Origin: Candidatus Bathyarchaeota archaeon
Lineage (GTDB): Archaea > Thermoproteota > Bathyarchaeia > 40CM-2-53-6
Direction of reading: 5' to 3'
DNA length: 64,000 bases
Assembly (NCBI GenBank): GCA_963726255.1
Contig: CAVSBL010000002.1
Location: 1 to 64,000 of the forward strand
Shown here: piece after piece, positions 20,856-29,764 of the stretch
Layout of the letters: the number at the start of each line of letters is the position of its first letter
Numbering within the stretch: position 1 is the stretch's first letter
Made by a program: the position numbers and the translations under genes
The notes under the pieces: model-generated
The model's database searches: none
Told to the model about the DNA's origin: nothing
What the model saw: only the letters and a program-made list of their open reading frames with translations

Positions 20856-20948
20856 GTACCGGGGGAGCTGGGTATCCCGGCTGAGAGGACGGCTGACGCC
20901 GTCGACCCCGTGAACCTGATCCGGGTAATGCCGGCGTAGGGAGTGTGC
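20856..20948 (+). promoter_or_regulatory. TPP riboswitch aptamer
   Basis: GGGGAGC...GGCTGAGAG...GACCC..GAACCTGATCCGGGTAATGCCGGCGTAGGGA consensus; lies upstream of a thiamine transporter. Confidence 0.92.
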
Positions 20949-21005
20949 TAAGTGAACTCAAGTTACGCAGACTGTTTCTGCAACCCATCCAGAGCGTTCC
21001 ATGTT

Positions 21006-21054
21006 ACTGTCCTCGGTAACCTTCACCTAAATCATGGAGGTGAAGTTGGACAGT
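21006..21054 (+). promoter_or_regulatory. SD/start-sequestering hairpin (riboswitch expression platform)
   Basis: ACTGTCC(21006-12)/GGACAGT(21048-54) and CTTCACCT(21021-28)/AGGTGAAG(21038-45) pair over SD GGAGGTGA and the GTG start. Confidence 0.7.
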
Positions 21055-21571
21055 GAAGATTGAAACAAAGATACTGACGGAGGTAATCGCTATGGTTGCT
21101 CTGGCGGGAGTCCTTGAGTACGTTTCTGGATTTCTACCATTGCAAATGCCTGAAGGTGGCAGAGTAACCCTTGCAGCCATGGTCCCGATCTTTTTCGTGG
21201 CCCAAAGAAGAGGCCCGCGCATTGGAATCTTGGCAGGCATTGCTTTCGGCCTAGTAGTGCTCGTAGAAGAACCCTTCATCTACCACCCTGTTCAAGTACT
21301 GCTGGACTATCCGCTGGCTTTCGGTGCGCTAGGGCTAGCTGGCTTCTTCCGCAATTCACCAGTACTCGGCGTCGCAGTGGGAATAGGAGGCAGGTTCATC
21401 TGCCATTTCACATCAGGCCTCGTCTTCTTCGCTACATACGCGCCAGCTGGGGTGAACCCGGCACTTTACTCCGCAATATACAACGCCTGGTATCTGGTTC
21501 CAGAACTCATCGTTAGCTCCGTGTTCATGTTCATACTGCAAAGAAGGCACATCCTACAGCTCTACCTCTGA
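21053..21571 (+). CDS. thiT: ECF transporter S component, thiamine-specific
   Basis: MPEGG.VT.A.MVP, HPVQVLLDYPLAF, RFICHF.SG..FF, YS..YN; riboswitch context. Confidence 0.9.
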   Translation: MKIETKILTEVIAMVALAGVLEYVSGFLPLQMPEGGRVTLAAMVPIFFVAQRRGPRIGILAGIAFGLVVLVEEPFIYHPVQVLLDYPLAFGALGLAGFFRNSPVLGVAVGIGGRFICHFTSGLVFFATYAPAGVNPALYSAIYNAWYLVPELIVSSVFMFILQRRHILQLYL

Positions 21572-21658
21572 GCCACCACAAGGAAATCTGGAACAAAGCA
21601 AACTCCCCCCTTCCCCCTCTTGGGCATACAATCTTTGAATGGAGTGTTTAGGTGAAGA

Positions 21659-22711
21659 TTGGCACGTAACTTTGGAAAAGTCAACAGAAGCTACTTGGAC
21701 AGAGTTATCTATCCTAGGCTCGGCGCCGCACGCCAAGAAGTAATCATTGGTCCAAAATTCGGCGTTGACAACGCAGTCGTTAGGGTTGGCAGGGGGAAAG
21801 TATTGGTGGCCACAACCGACCCGCTATCTTTCATCCCAGGCTTGCGGCCAAGTGAATCCGCGTGTCTCTCTGTAAACCTTCTAGCATCCGACTTAACCAC
21901 GTGTGGTTCCGCTCCTCAATTTGGTATCTTCGACTTCAACCTCCCTCCCCAAATGACTAACCACCAATTTGCCGACTACTGGAAAGCTTTCCACGCCGAA
22001 TGCAAGAGGCTCGGGGTCGCAATCGTAGGGGGCCACACGGGAAAATACCAAGGCTGCGACTACTCGATAATCGGCGGAGGCGTCCTGTATACGGTCTGCG
22101 AACAAGGCCGGTACCTGACATCTGAAATGGCTAGTAGCGGAGACGACATTATCCTCACGAAGGGCGTCGCCGTCGAGACGACCGCAATCCTCACCCGCGC
22201 ATTCCCTCGAACAATCAAGAAAGTACTAGGCGCCAAAATGTTCGAAAAGGCCTTCCGCTACTTGAAGCAGGTCTCGACAGTCAAAGACGCGCTCACGACG
22301 GCATCTGTTGGAATTCACCGGGAGGGCGTGACTGCCATGCATGACGCAACAGAGGGCGGGGTCATCGCCGCTGTCCTAGAACTTGCAACGGCATCAGGCC
22401 TCGGAACAGAAATCGACCTCGACCAGATTTCGATTACCCAAGAGACGCGGGAGATCTGCAAGTTCTTTCGAATCGACCCCTTGACCTCGCTCAGCGAAGG
22501 AACTCTCATAATCGCATCCCGGCCGAATAAAACCGCGAAAGTCTTGAACCGACTAAAATCAGCCGGAATACACTCACAACTTATCGGCCGTTTGACGAAG
22601 TCACGTTCAGCGTATGCATCAACGAGGCGGGGGCGTGTTCGCCTCACCTACCCTAGTTTCGACCCGTATTGGAGAGCTTACTGGAAGGGAACAACGAAAC
22701 GGTGGCGTTGA
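21659..22711 (+). CDS. AIR-synthase-related (PurM/HypE/ThiL superfamily) protein
   Basis: GVDNA, TTDP, IVGGHT, MHDATEGG. Confidence 0.85.
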   Translation: MARNFGKVNRSYLDRVIYPRLGAARQEVIIGPKFGVDNAVVRVGRGKVLVATTDPLSFIPGLRPSESACLSVNLLASDLTTCGSAPQFGIFDFNLPPQMTNHQFADYWKAFHAECKRLGVAIVGGHTGKYQGCDYSIIGGGVLYTVCEQGRYLTSEMASSGDDIILTKGVAVETTAILTRAFPRTIKKVLGAKMFEKAFRYLKQVSTVKDALTTASVGIHREGVTAMHDATEGGVIAAVLELATASGLGTEIDLDQISITQETREICKFFRIDPLTSLSEGTLIIASRPNKTAKVLNRLKSAGIHSQLIGRLTKSRSAYASTRRGRVRLTYPSFDPYWRAYWKGTTKRWR

Positions 22712-22719
22712 ATTTTGGG

Positions 22720-23013
22720 TTAGGCCGCCGACCTGAAGTTCAGGTAGCCGACTTTTTCGATGCAGTTCTTGCACCAGAACTGGTTACGCTCAAGGGAGTA
22801 CTCAGCGTAGGCGTCAACAACAACGGTTCCGCAGTTCCAGCATCGGAGAAGGAGCATTCGTTTCATCTTATGGAACTTCATTTCTTTCTGGTGCTCCAGC
22901 CAAATATAGTCGCCATATTCGCAGACGGCGTTGCAAACCTCGCAAAAGAAGAAATTGCCAACCACGGCCACCTCGCGTGACTGAAAACTCGTACTCTCCG
23001 TGGTTTGGCTCAT
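22720..23013 (-). CDS. small multi-CxxC zinc-binding protein
   Basis: CEVC, CWNC, CKNC. Confidence 0.6.
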   Translation of the reverse strand: MSQTTESTSFQSREVAVVGNFFFCEVCNAVCEYGDYIWLEHQKEMKFHKMKRMLLLRCWNCGTVVVDAYAEYSLERNQFWCKNCIEKVGYLNFRSAA

Positions 23014-23089
23014 TTCTCCTCAAATCCAGTGAAGTTTCGCACAAAACGAGTTGGACTATACATATGCTTTTGGTTCAACCTGCCAACAA

Positions 23090-23983
23090 TCAGGGCGAAG
23101 GTGGTTTCCAAAAATCGAGTAGGTACTCGAACGTTGTACCCATCGTTATGTAGTTCGACGGCCAGCCAAAGATTCCAACTCTGTTCACGATGTTGGTTCT
23201 GTCCCAGATAATTGTGTTCCGAAGTTCGTAACCCGCTTCAACGAGCGCGTGGTAAACGTGGACGTGGAGCGGGACTCTCTCCCCATGCCGCTCGTTCTTC
23301 CACCACACGTCGGGCACGTTGATGACCGCATGGCCCCTAGGTTTCAGGATTGGAAGAAGACCTGTGAAAATATCTCGAATTTCTGCCGTGTATTTCTCGA
23401 CGGCTAGTGTTCCAAGGTCTCTCTCGTCTTGGCTGTACTGTTCTACCTTGAGGTACTGCTTGTTCCGCCTCAGTTCGCCCCTTCTGCTCTTGTTCGACCT
23501 AGGCCTGTTGAGTAGGTTCGCGTAAGGAGGAGAAGTGAAGATCAAACTCACTGCGTCCCGGCCAAGATAGGCAGGTATTCTCCTGGCATCATCACAGACC
23601 ACAGTCTGCTGGGCATCGGATCTCCGTCCGGCACTGCCCAGTCGCTCCCTGGCAACGTGGCAATAGCGGGAGTTGATATCAAACCCCACCGCATTCCGCT
23701 CACCGTCTTGGCAAGCAATCAGCGTTGTCCCGATTCCGTTGAACGGGTCAAGCACAAGCTCGCCCTTGTGCGTGAACAAGTCCACCGCCCTCTCAGCAAG
23801 GGCGATCGGCATCACTGCTGGGTGGATTTCTTTGTCTCTGATGTCACGTTTCTCGTAGAAAACTTTCCAAACGCCGATCTGGGCCTTAATCCACTCCTTA
23901 GGTGACATACAGTTGAGATGGTTTTCAGGACAGTTACATCGTCTCCCCGACGAAATTGGGAGTTTGGCTGGCGAGTGCAGCAA
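23090..23983 (-). CDS. DNA amino (N4-C/N6-A) methyltransferase, permuted motif order
   Basis: HPAVMP, DPFNGIGT (motif I) precede TSPPY (motif IV). Confidence 0.88.
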   Translation of the reverse strand: MLHSPAKLPISSGRRCNCPENHLNCMSPKEWIKAQIGVWKVFYEKRDIRDKEIHPAVMPIALAERAVDLFTHKGELVLDPFNGIGTTLIACQDGERNAVGFDINSRYCHVARERLGSAGRRSDAQQTVVCDDARRIPAYLGRDAVSLIFTSPPYANLLNRPRSNKSRRGELRRNKQYLKVEQYSQDERDLGTLAVEKYTAEIRDIFTGLLPILKPRGHAVINVPDVWWKNERHGERVPLHVHVYHALVEAGYELRNTIIWDRTNIVNRVGIFGWPSNYITMGTTFEYLLDFWKPPSP

Positions 23984-24038
23984 TGGTGTTCAATCTATGC
24001 AGGTAGGCTGATGTAAAAAGCGCTCCTGAACATCTCTG

Positions 24039-24479
24039 CTACGTGCTACTCGCATGCCAGGCAAATACGCCAACGGGCTTGATCTTGATAACCGGCCGGT
24101 CTTCAAGTTTCATCTGACGATACTGCACGTACTTTTCTCGTAAGAGCTGAACCGCGTGCTCATGCTCCTCTCCGGTGTGAACGATTTCTGCGGAGCCGCG
24201 TACGAGCACGTACTTCAGTTTGCTCCAGTCTTCTTCATACAGATCGACAACCAAGGACACGCTAGGGTTCTGAACGATATTCAGGACTCGCTGCAACCGC
24301 GTTGGGCTTCTTCGCTTAGGTTTCTCATCGATCGAGCTATAGAGCGAGTCGCCGTCGTATACATAACAAATCGGGATAACTTGAGGCTTGCCATTCTTCG
24401 TTGATGTAGCCAAGTGTGCTAAGCGGGATTCAAGGAGAAATGCGCGCGCCCAATCCTCCATTCTCATGCCCCGCCTCAC
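24039..24479 (-). CDS. PPOX-class probable F420-dependent oxidoreductase (Rv0121-like)
   Basis: AHLAT, IDEKPK, R..NI..NP.V...VD.Y.EDW. Confidence 0.85.
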   Translation of the reverse strand: MRRGMRMEDWARAFLLESRLAHLATSTKNGKPQVIPICYVYDGDSLYSSIDEKPKRRSPTRLQRVLNIVQNPSVSLVVDLYEEDWSKLKYVLVRGSAEIVHTGEEHEHAVQLLREKYVQYRQMKLEDRPVIKIKPVGVFAWHASST

Positions 24480-24535
24480 CGCTTCGATGTAAAGCTCTTA
24501 TTCTCCGTGGGGAGAGGGTTGGAGGAGAGTTAACT

Positions 24536-24934
24536 TTGCCTATTTTCTTCACTCCCAAGCAAGCCAATGAACTCCTACCGGAAGTGAAAGAGACGGTTGC
24601 ACGTATTATCGCTATCAAGAAAGACGCCGATGGCGTGAAAGATGATGACGAGATGACGGACACGATGGAACGGCTTGAAAAAGAAATTCAGAAACTGGAG
24701 GAACTGGGCTGTGTCCTCAAGGACATGAGCATCGGGTTAGTTGATCTCCCCGCCGTCAGGCTCGGGACGCGCGTCTGGCTCTGCTGGAAATTGGGTGAAG
24801 ATAACGTGTCCTTCTGGCATGGATTGCGTGAAGGGTATAGGGAGAGAAAGGCGGTTGACGGGAAGGAATTCTACGAGGACGATGTTGCGATAAAGTCACT
24901 AACGGGCGAGGTTCTCTCGAAACCTCACACATAA
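24536..24934 (+). CDS. DUF2203 family protein
   Basis: FTP.QANELLP, LKD...GLVD.P, LCWKLGE...WH; TTG start at 24536 chosen. Confidence 0.85.
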   Translation: MPIFFTPKQANELLPEVKETVARIIAIKKDADGVKDDDEMTDTMERLEKEIQKLEELGCVLKDMSIGLVDLPAVRLGTRVWLCWKLGEDNVSFWHGLREGYRERKAVDGKEFYEDDVAIKSLTGEVLSKPHT

Positions 24935-25547
24935 GACCCGTAGCTCCTCAAAGAAAAGTGGACGCTTCGCTATTACAGAGTATTGGAATTCTGGGTGCCC
25001 TTCGAGGAAGGACGAGGGGTCATTTAGGCTGCTGGCTAAAAGCAGGGTCGTCCCACTCGACCTGAGGTGGGTTGATAATCCGGCCAAGAATCGCTTCGAC
25101 AATTCTGTGCCCTCGTGGCCTCCATCAACGGTACTATCACCCACGGTTGAACTGGGCAGGTACGGCGGGTTGAAGAGGACCAAATCGAACTGGCCCTGCA
25201 CCTTCGAGAACATATCGGAAAGAATTGTTTGCACCTCAAGCCCCAGCAAGCCAGCCGCTTTCTTAGCATGTTGTAATGCTACCTCGTCAATATCGGTAAG
25301 CGTTACTGTAGCCCCCCGCATTGCGCAAAACAGGCCAAGGATTCCCGATCCAGTCCCCACATCGAGCACTTCTCTCCGTTCGACAGGCACCTTAGCTATG
25401 GCGTCTAGCATTAGGAAGCTATCATCGCTCGGAGAGTAGACGCTCTCTGGCGCATCCCGTATGGCTCGGAAGATTTTCCTCAGAACCTCAGCGTTCTCTG
25501 CGCTTAGCAAGAACTCGTTCTCTTTGTCTGCGGCTTCTCTGGGGTTA
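24899..25547 (-). CDS. HemK2/aPrmC-type protein N5-glutamine methyltransferase (start approximate)
   Basis: VYSPSDDS, DVGTGSG, FNPPYLP, LFFEEL. Confidence 0.88.
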
Positions 25548-26177
25548 AGGTTCAGCCATGAATTTGATGAATTCTTCTTGTGTGCGGGGTTTGAGTGTAT
25601 AATTGTTCTTGCGCTCATATCCAATGGTTGACGAAGGTTTGTTTCCATAGTCGTGGCCAGGGTAGACCTCTATTGAGTCCTCCAGGGTAAGGATCTTCCT
25701 GACTAGGCTAACGTACATATCGCTAGGGTTTCCGCCGGCCAAGTCCGTTCTTCCGCATTCACCAACGAACAGAGTGTCTCCCGTGAGCAGTTTTCCATCA
25801 ACAAGTAGGCAAATGTGGTCGGGGCAATGTCCCGGCGTGTAGATTACCTTCACCTTCAACGACCCAACCTCGATAACGTCGCCATCCTTCACTGCAATGT
25901 CCTTTCGAACTGGGGATTTCTCGTGCATGACAACTTTGGCGCCAGTGCGCTTGGCTACCGCTTCGTTTCCTTCCACGTGGTCATGGTGGGAATGAGTATT
26001 GATGATCCGCGTCACCTTCAAACCAAAACCTTCGCACATCGCGAGCAGGTTGTCAACTTCCCAAGCAGGGTCGACTAACGCAGCCGACTTGGTCTCTTCG
26101 TCGCCGATAATGAATGAAAAGTTCTGGAAGGTGCCAACAGGAACCTGTCTGAATATCATAACTGCCCCTACAACCAA
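25545..26177 (-). CDS. metallo-beta-lactamase fold hydrolase (glyoxalase II/ETHE1-like)
   Basis: THSHHDH, TPGH, TGDTLF, PGHDY. Confidence 0.9.
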   Translation of the reverse strand: MVVGAVMIFRQVPVGTFQNFSFIIGDEETKSAALVDPAWEVDNLLAMCEGFGLKVTRIINTHSHHDHVEGNEAVAKRTGAKVVMHEKSPVRKDIAVKDGDVIEVGSLKVKVIYTPGHCPDHICLLVDGKLLTGDTLFVGECGRTDLAGGNPSDMYVSLVRKILTLEDSIEVYPGHDYGNKPSSTIGYERKNNYTLKPRTQEEFIKFMAEP

Positions 26178-26297
26178 GTTGGAAGCCGGCGAACTTTAAT
26201 CAATTTCGCTTCCTTTAATGTGGAGGGGAAAGGGGCACAATGAGCTATCATTCAAAACGGGCAATACCTTCGACTTACCTGCGACGGATCTGGAAGA

Positions 26298-26696
26298 GTG
26301 TTCTGGATTATCTGGAAGAACTCGCGAGGAGGGCTAGCGCAAACGACTGAACTGATTGCCTTTGAGCCCGACCTTTTGTTCTCATCAAGAATAGAGAGCG
26401 CGGCCACTAAGGCGGGAGTTCAAGTGAAGGTCTTCGGCAACCTTGAGGAATTTATCCTTGAAGCGAAGCAATCGACCGCACAAGTGGCTCTAGTAAACCT
26501 CGACGCCGCGGAGGGAGAACTGGCGAGCCTAGAAGGATTCGCCAAGAACGCGTCGTGCAACGTTATTGGTTATTATTCGCACGTGAACAGCCGGTTAGCG
26601 GAGGAGGCGCGGCGCATTGGAATTGGCATGGTGCTCTCTCGAGGAGCGTTTGCGAGCAAACTTGAAGGGATTTTGAAAGAGTTCTCTTCAGGCTGA
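26298..26696 (+). CDS. degenerate receiver (CheY-like) domain protein
   Basis: DLLFSSRI...ALVNLD...GYYSHV; no phosphoacceptor Asp in the usual position. Confidence 0.6.
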   Translation: MFWIIWKNSRGGLAQTTELIAFEPDLLFSSRIESAATKAGVQVKVFGNLEEFILEAKQSTAQVALVNLDAAEGELASLEGFAKNASCNVIGYYSHVNSRLAEEARRIGIGMVLSRGAFASKLEGILKEFSSG

Positions 26697-27530
26697 CAGT
26701 TCCCTTGCCTTTCGCATGTTCGCTTTCTCGTCCCCACGGTCATCAATGGGTGTTTCCATGATGAATGGCAGGCCTCGAACCGCCTCATGTTTGAACAGTG
26801 CCTTGAAACCTTGTTCCCCAATGTATCCCAACCCGATGTGTTCATGCCTGTCCCTGCCTGAACCCAAACCGACCTCCGAATCATTCAGGTGGATTACCTT
26901 CAAGAGGCCTAGGCCAAGCACCGAGTCGAATTTTCCGAGAGTGTCGTCGACGCCGCGTGGTGAGTGTAGGTCGTAACCGGCCGCGTACGCGTGCGCGGTA
27001 TCGAAACAGATACCCACCCTCTTCTTGTTCTCGACGCGAACTAAGATTCTCTTGATATCTTCGAAAGAAGAACCCATACTGTTCTTAGTGCCCGCAGTGT
27101 TCTCAAGGAGTAGCATAACATCGTTTGGATTCTCTGAAAGTGCACGATTTACTGCACCTACGATCCTCTCCAAGCCTATGTCAGAGCCTTCGCCGAGGTG
27201 GCTGCCGAGGTGCGTCACGATGTATTGGATTCCAAGCGTGCCGCATCTATCAAGCTCGGCACTTAGCGACTTCACGGACCTGTTGTAAATCAACTTCTTA
27301 GGAGACGACAAGTTTGGCAGGTACGGCATATGAGCGACCACGGGCGACAGGTTATATGATCCAACCTTCCGTTTGAACTCTTCAACTTCCCCACCATCGA
27401 GCTTCTTGAACTTCCAACCTCTCGGGTTTCGCGTAAACATTTGGAACGTGTCGCAGCCCAGGTCCCGGGCGCGGTCGGCCGCTTGATCTATTGTTCCAGA
27501 AATCGAAACATGCATCCCAAGCCTGATCAA
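26688..27530 (-). CDS. nfo: endonuclease IV
   Basis: HMPYLPNL, LENTAG, CFDTAH, HLNDS, DRHEHIG, METP. Confidence 0.95.
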   Translation of the reverse strand: MIRLGMHVSISGTIDQAADRARDLGCDTFQMFTRNPRGWKFKKLDGGEVEEFKRKVGSYNLSPVVAHMPYLPNLSSPKKLIYNRSVKSLSAELDRCGTLGIQYIVTHLGSHLGEGSDIGLERIVGAVNRALSENPNDVMLLLENTAGTKNSMGSSFEDIKRILVRVENKKRVGICFDTAHAYAAGYDLHSPRGVDDTLGKFDSVLGLGLLKVIHLNDSEVGLGSGRDRHEHIGLGYIGEQGFKALFKHEAVRGLPFIMETPIDDRGDEKANMRKARELSA

Positions 27531-27663
27531 GAGAAATTCCTACAATGTGCAGTGGAACATGTGTGGAAAGAAAAGGTGTTCGATTCCCAGCCGGTTTTCA
27601 TGAGCCGCCACCGTCGTAGCTTGGAAAGGTTGATATGAGAACAGACCTGCACCGTGACGCGAT

Positions 27664-27801
27664 GGCCGCCGTAGCGTAGAGGAGTCCTGAACTCCGCGAA
27701 GCTTGGTAGCGTATAGGCCCTACTTGGGGTACACGGCTGTGGACCCTACGGGGTGGGTTCAAAGCGTCGCTAAAACCGGCGTGAAAGTCCCACCGGCGGC
27801 C
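27664..27801 (+). tRNA. tRNA-His(GTG) with 3 introns, G-1 encoded
   Basis: Removing 27680-27701 (15/16), 27717-27734 (29/30) and 27764-27787 (59/60) gives a cloverleaf: GCCGCCG/CGGCGGC, TAGGG-CTGTGGA-CCCTA, GTGGG-TTCAAAT-CCCAC, C73. Confidence 0.88.
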
Positions 27802-27857
27802 CTCAACACTCTATTTTTGAACTGGGACACGTAGATTCCTACTTCATAGATTGAAGG

Positions 27858-28103
27858 ATGGTGGCTAGGATTATTGATCGGATGCTGAGGCAAGGCGGAC
27901 CTGGTACCTGTGAAATCTGCGAGAAAAAACCTGCGACGAGGAAGGCGAAGTTCACTGCACAATCCCTTCAATCCTCCTCAATGCCGTTGTTTGACGAAGA
28001 GTCGCTTGTCGCCAGCGAATTTGAGAAAAGGGTATGCGAAGATTGCCTTGCTTCATTGCAGAATGCGAAGAACGTAGCGAACCTTACCTTTGAACGATTA
28101 TGA
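27858..28103 (+). CDS. small zinc-finger protein
   Basis: CEICEKKPA...VCEDC. Confidence 0.65.
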   Translation: MVARIIDRMLRQGGPGTCEICEKKPATRKAKFTAQSLQSSSMPLFDEESLVASEFEKRVCEDCLASLQNAKNVANLTFERL

Positions 28104-28226
28104 ACGAGTATAGTTCCAACACTCGACACCGCGTTTGGGCGTCGCTGGAGAGGAATAATTGCAGATGTCGTATACGCGTATGGCGCGGAAGGGTTAAAGG
28201 AGCGAGTCAGAAACTGTTGGCAAGGT

Positions 28227-28342
28227 GGGCCGGTAGTTCAGCCTGGTATACCAAGCGTTTGCTGGGCCGAAGAACGTCCGGTTTGCAAGTTCTTCACCAA
28301 GCATCCGGAAGGTCGCGGGTCCAAATCCCGCCCGGTCCACCA
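28227..28342 (+). tRNA. tRNA-Ala(TGC) with 2 introns
   Basis: G3:U70 pair, CCA encoded; introns 28250-28271 (21/22) and 28288-28303 (37/38) with BHB motifs. Confidence 0.9.
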
Positions 28343-28469
28343 AATGCTGTTTTCTCCCGGCGCATCGCGAAACATGCCGGGTCCTAGAACCTGGTTCAGT
28401 GAGAAAACGTGTGGGGGTTGTGGTGACCCACACTCCCCATGTGGGTCGCCCTATTGAGTTTCGTTATAT

Positions 28470-28616
28470 CTAGAGAATTGCTACCGGTGGAGGCGAATAC
28501 TGGACGGGTACAGGGAACCTGAATCTCACGTAGTTAACCGGGTAGAACAGCACGGGTGGTTGAGGTTGGCATTCTATCGGAACCATTATCGGTGCAGCGA
28601 AGTAGATGAATTCCAT
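28470..28616 (-). CDS. 48-aa Pro/Val/aromatic-rich peptide
   Basis: MEFIYFAAPIMVPIECQPQPPVLFYPVNYVRFRFPVPVQYSPPPVAIL*; TTATAA about 20-25 nt upstream; resembles 46527..46754. Confidence 0.5.
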   Translation of the reverse strand: MEFIYFAAPIMVPIECQPQPPVLFYPVNYVRFRFPVPVQYSPPPVAIL

Positions 28617-28875
28617 TGGCTTTACCTTTGGCTTATAAGCCGCCCGGAGCTGTCATAAACGTTTCCTGTCTGGCGTGAAATTTGATGGATGTTCATCTTT
28701 ACCTTCCCTCATTAAATCAACACCTTGGTGTCAACGAGTTTTGACTACATGATGCTTGCTTAACCTAAGCTCAGGCTGCCGTAGCGTGTGATTCGAGCAT
28801 GTTTTTGCCTACTGAGAAAGTGGCAATTGTTATGTGATTCGTAAGCCGAGGCTTAGTGTTTACTGAGGTTTCAGA

Positions 28876-29763
28876 ATGGAACCCGCACCTGTCCTCATGC
28901 CGGCTCCCGCGGTTATCGAAGACAGATCAAAGCCGGTAGTGATTAGGCCCCCAGAGGTTAACGGAGCCCATGACTACGCCGTTATTGGCTACTTGCTTAT
29001 CTTTCTCTATTCGCTTCCCTGGTTCATTATCGTTCTCACAATAGGCGCGTACGGAATCCTCGCTTCCCCCTACCTTTCATTCCCGGTAATACTGCCGCCC
29101 ACTCTACCCGCGTGGCTGACGGCGATACCGCTGATCGGGCCGCTTCTGTTAATCCTAACATTTCCAGGAGTAGGGCTGCCCGCGTCTTGGTTCGTTTACT
29201 TGGGGGTCGGCGTGCTAGGTCTACTTGTAGCCATAATCTTCCTCGGAATCGTCTACTTCTCAACCGTACGTAACATCAACAGAGGGCGCTACGAGAAAGC
29301 GCGTGGCGCATCATTATTCTGGGCAGTGCTGTTTACCATCCCAGTATTCTTGGTGTTCGCCGGGCCCTTGTCCTTCTACCCAACAGTTCTGCTAATCCTT
29401 CCTGCGTTCTTCTACTACATGACCTATGGCCGACTTGGCGAAGTCATAGCAAAATACGGCCCAGTGGCAGTATTGGGTGAAGCAGTACCAGGTGTAGGCA
29501 TGGCCGGTCCGCCAGGTCCTCCGCCTGTTCCAATGCCGGGTCCGATGGGTATGCCCATGTCGTCGATGGGTGGTCCGATGGGCGGGCCAGCAATGGGTGG
29601 CCTGCCAATGGGCGGTCCAATGCCTCCTATGCCGACCGGTATGCCAAGCCAACCTGCCGCGGCGCCAAGAACTCCGGTCTGCCCTACGTGCGGTAGGGAC
29701 CTATACTACGCAGCAAACCACAGACGGTGGTACTGCCAAACCTGCGACCAGCCTGGCCGCTGA
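28876..29763 (+). CDS. membrane protein with Pro/Met/Gly-rich linker and C-terminal zinc ribbon
   Basis: About 5 TM helices, GGPM repeats, CPTC...WYCQTC. Confidence 0.75.
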   Translation: MEPAPVLMPAPAVIEDRSKPVVIRPPEVNGAHDYAVIGYLLIFLYSLPWFIIVLTIGAYGILASPYLSFPVILPPTLPAWLTAIPLIGPLLLILTFPGVGLPASWFVYLGVGVLGLLVAIIFLGIVYFSTVRNINRGRYEKARGASLFWAVLFTIPVFLVFAGPLSFYPTVLLILPAFFYYMTYGRLGEVIAKYGPVAVLGEAVPGVGMAGPPGPPPVPMPGPMGMPMSSMGGPMGGPAMGGLPMGGPMPPMPTGMPSQPAAAPRTPVCPTCGRDLYYAANHRRWYCQTCDQPGR

Positions 29764-29764
29764 C

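Noticed and set aside
27759-28433. Track ORFs 27759..27971, 28100..28387 and 28194..28433
   Set aside because: They overlap tRNA-His, tRNA-Ala or the zinc-finger gene and show no protein motifs
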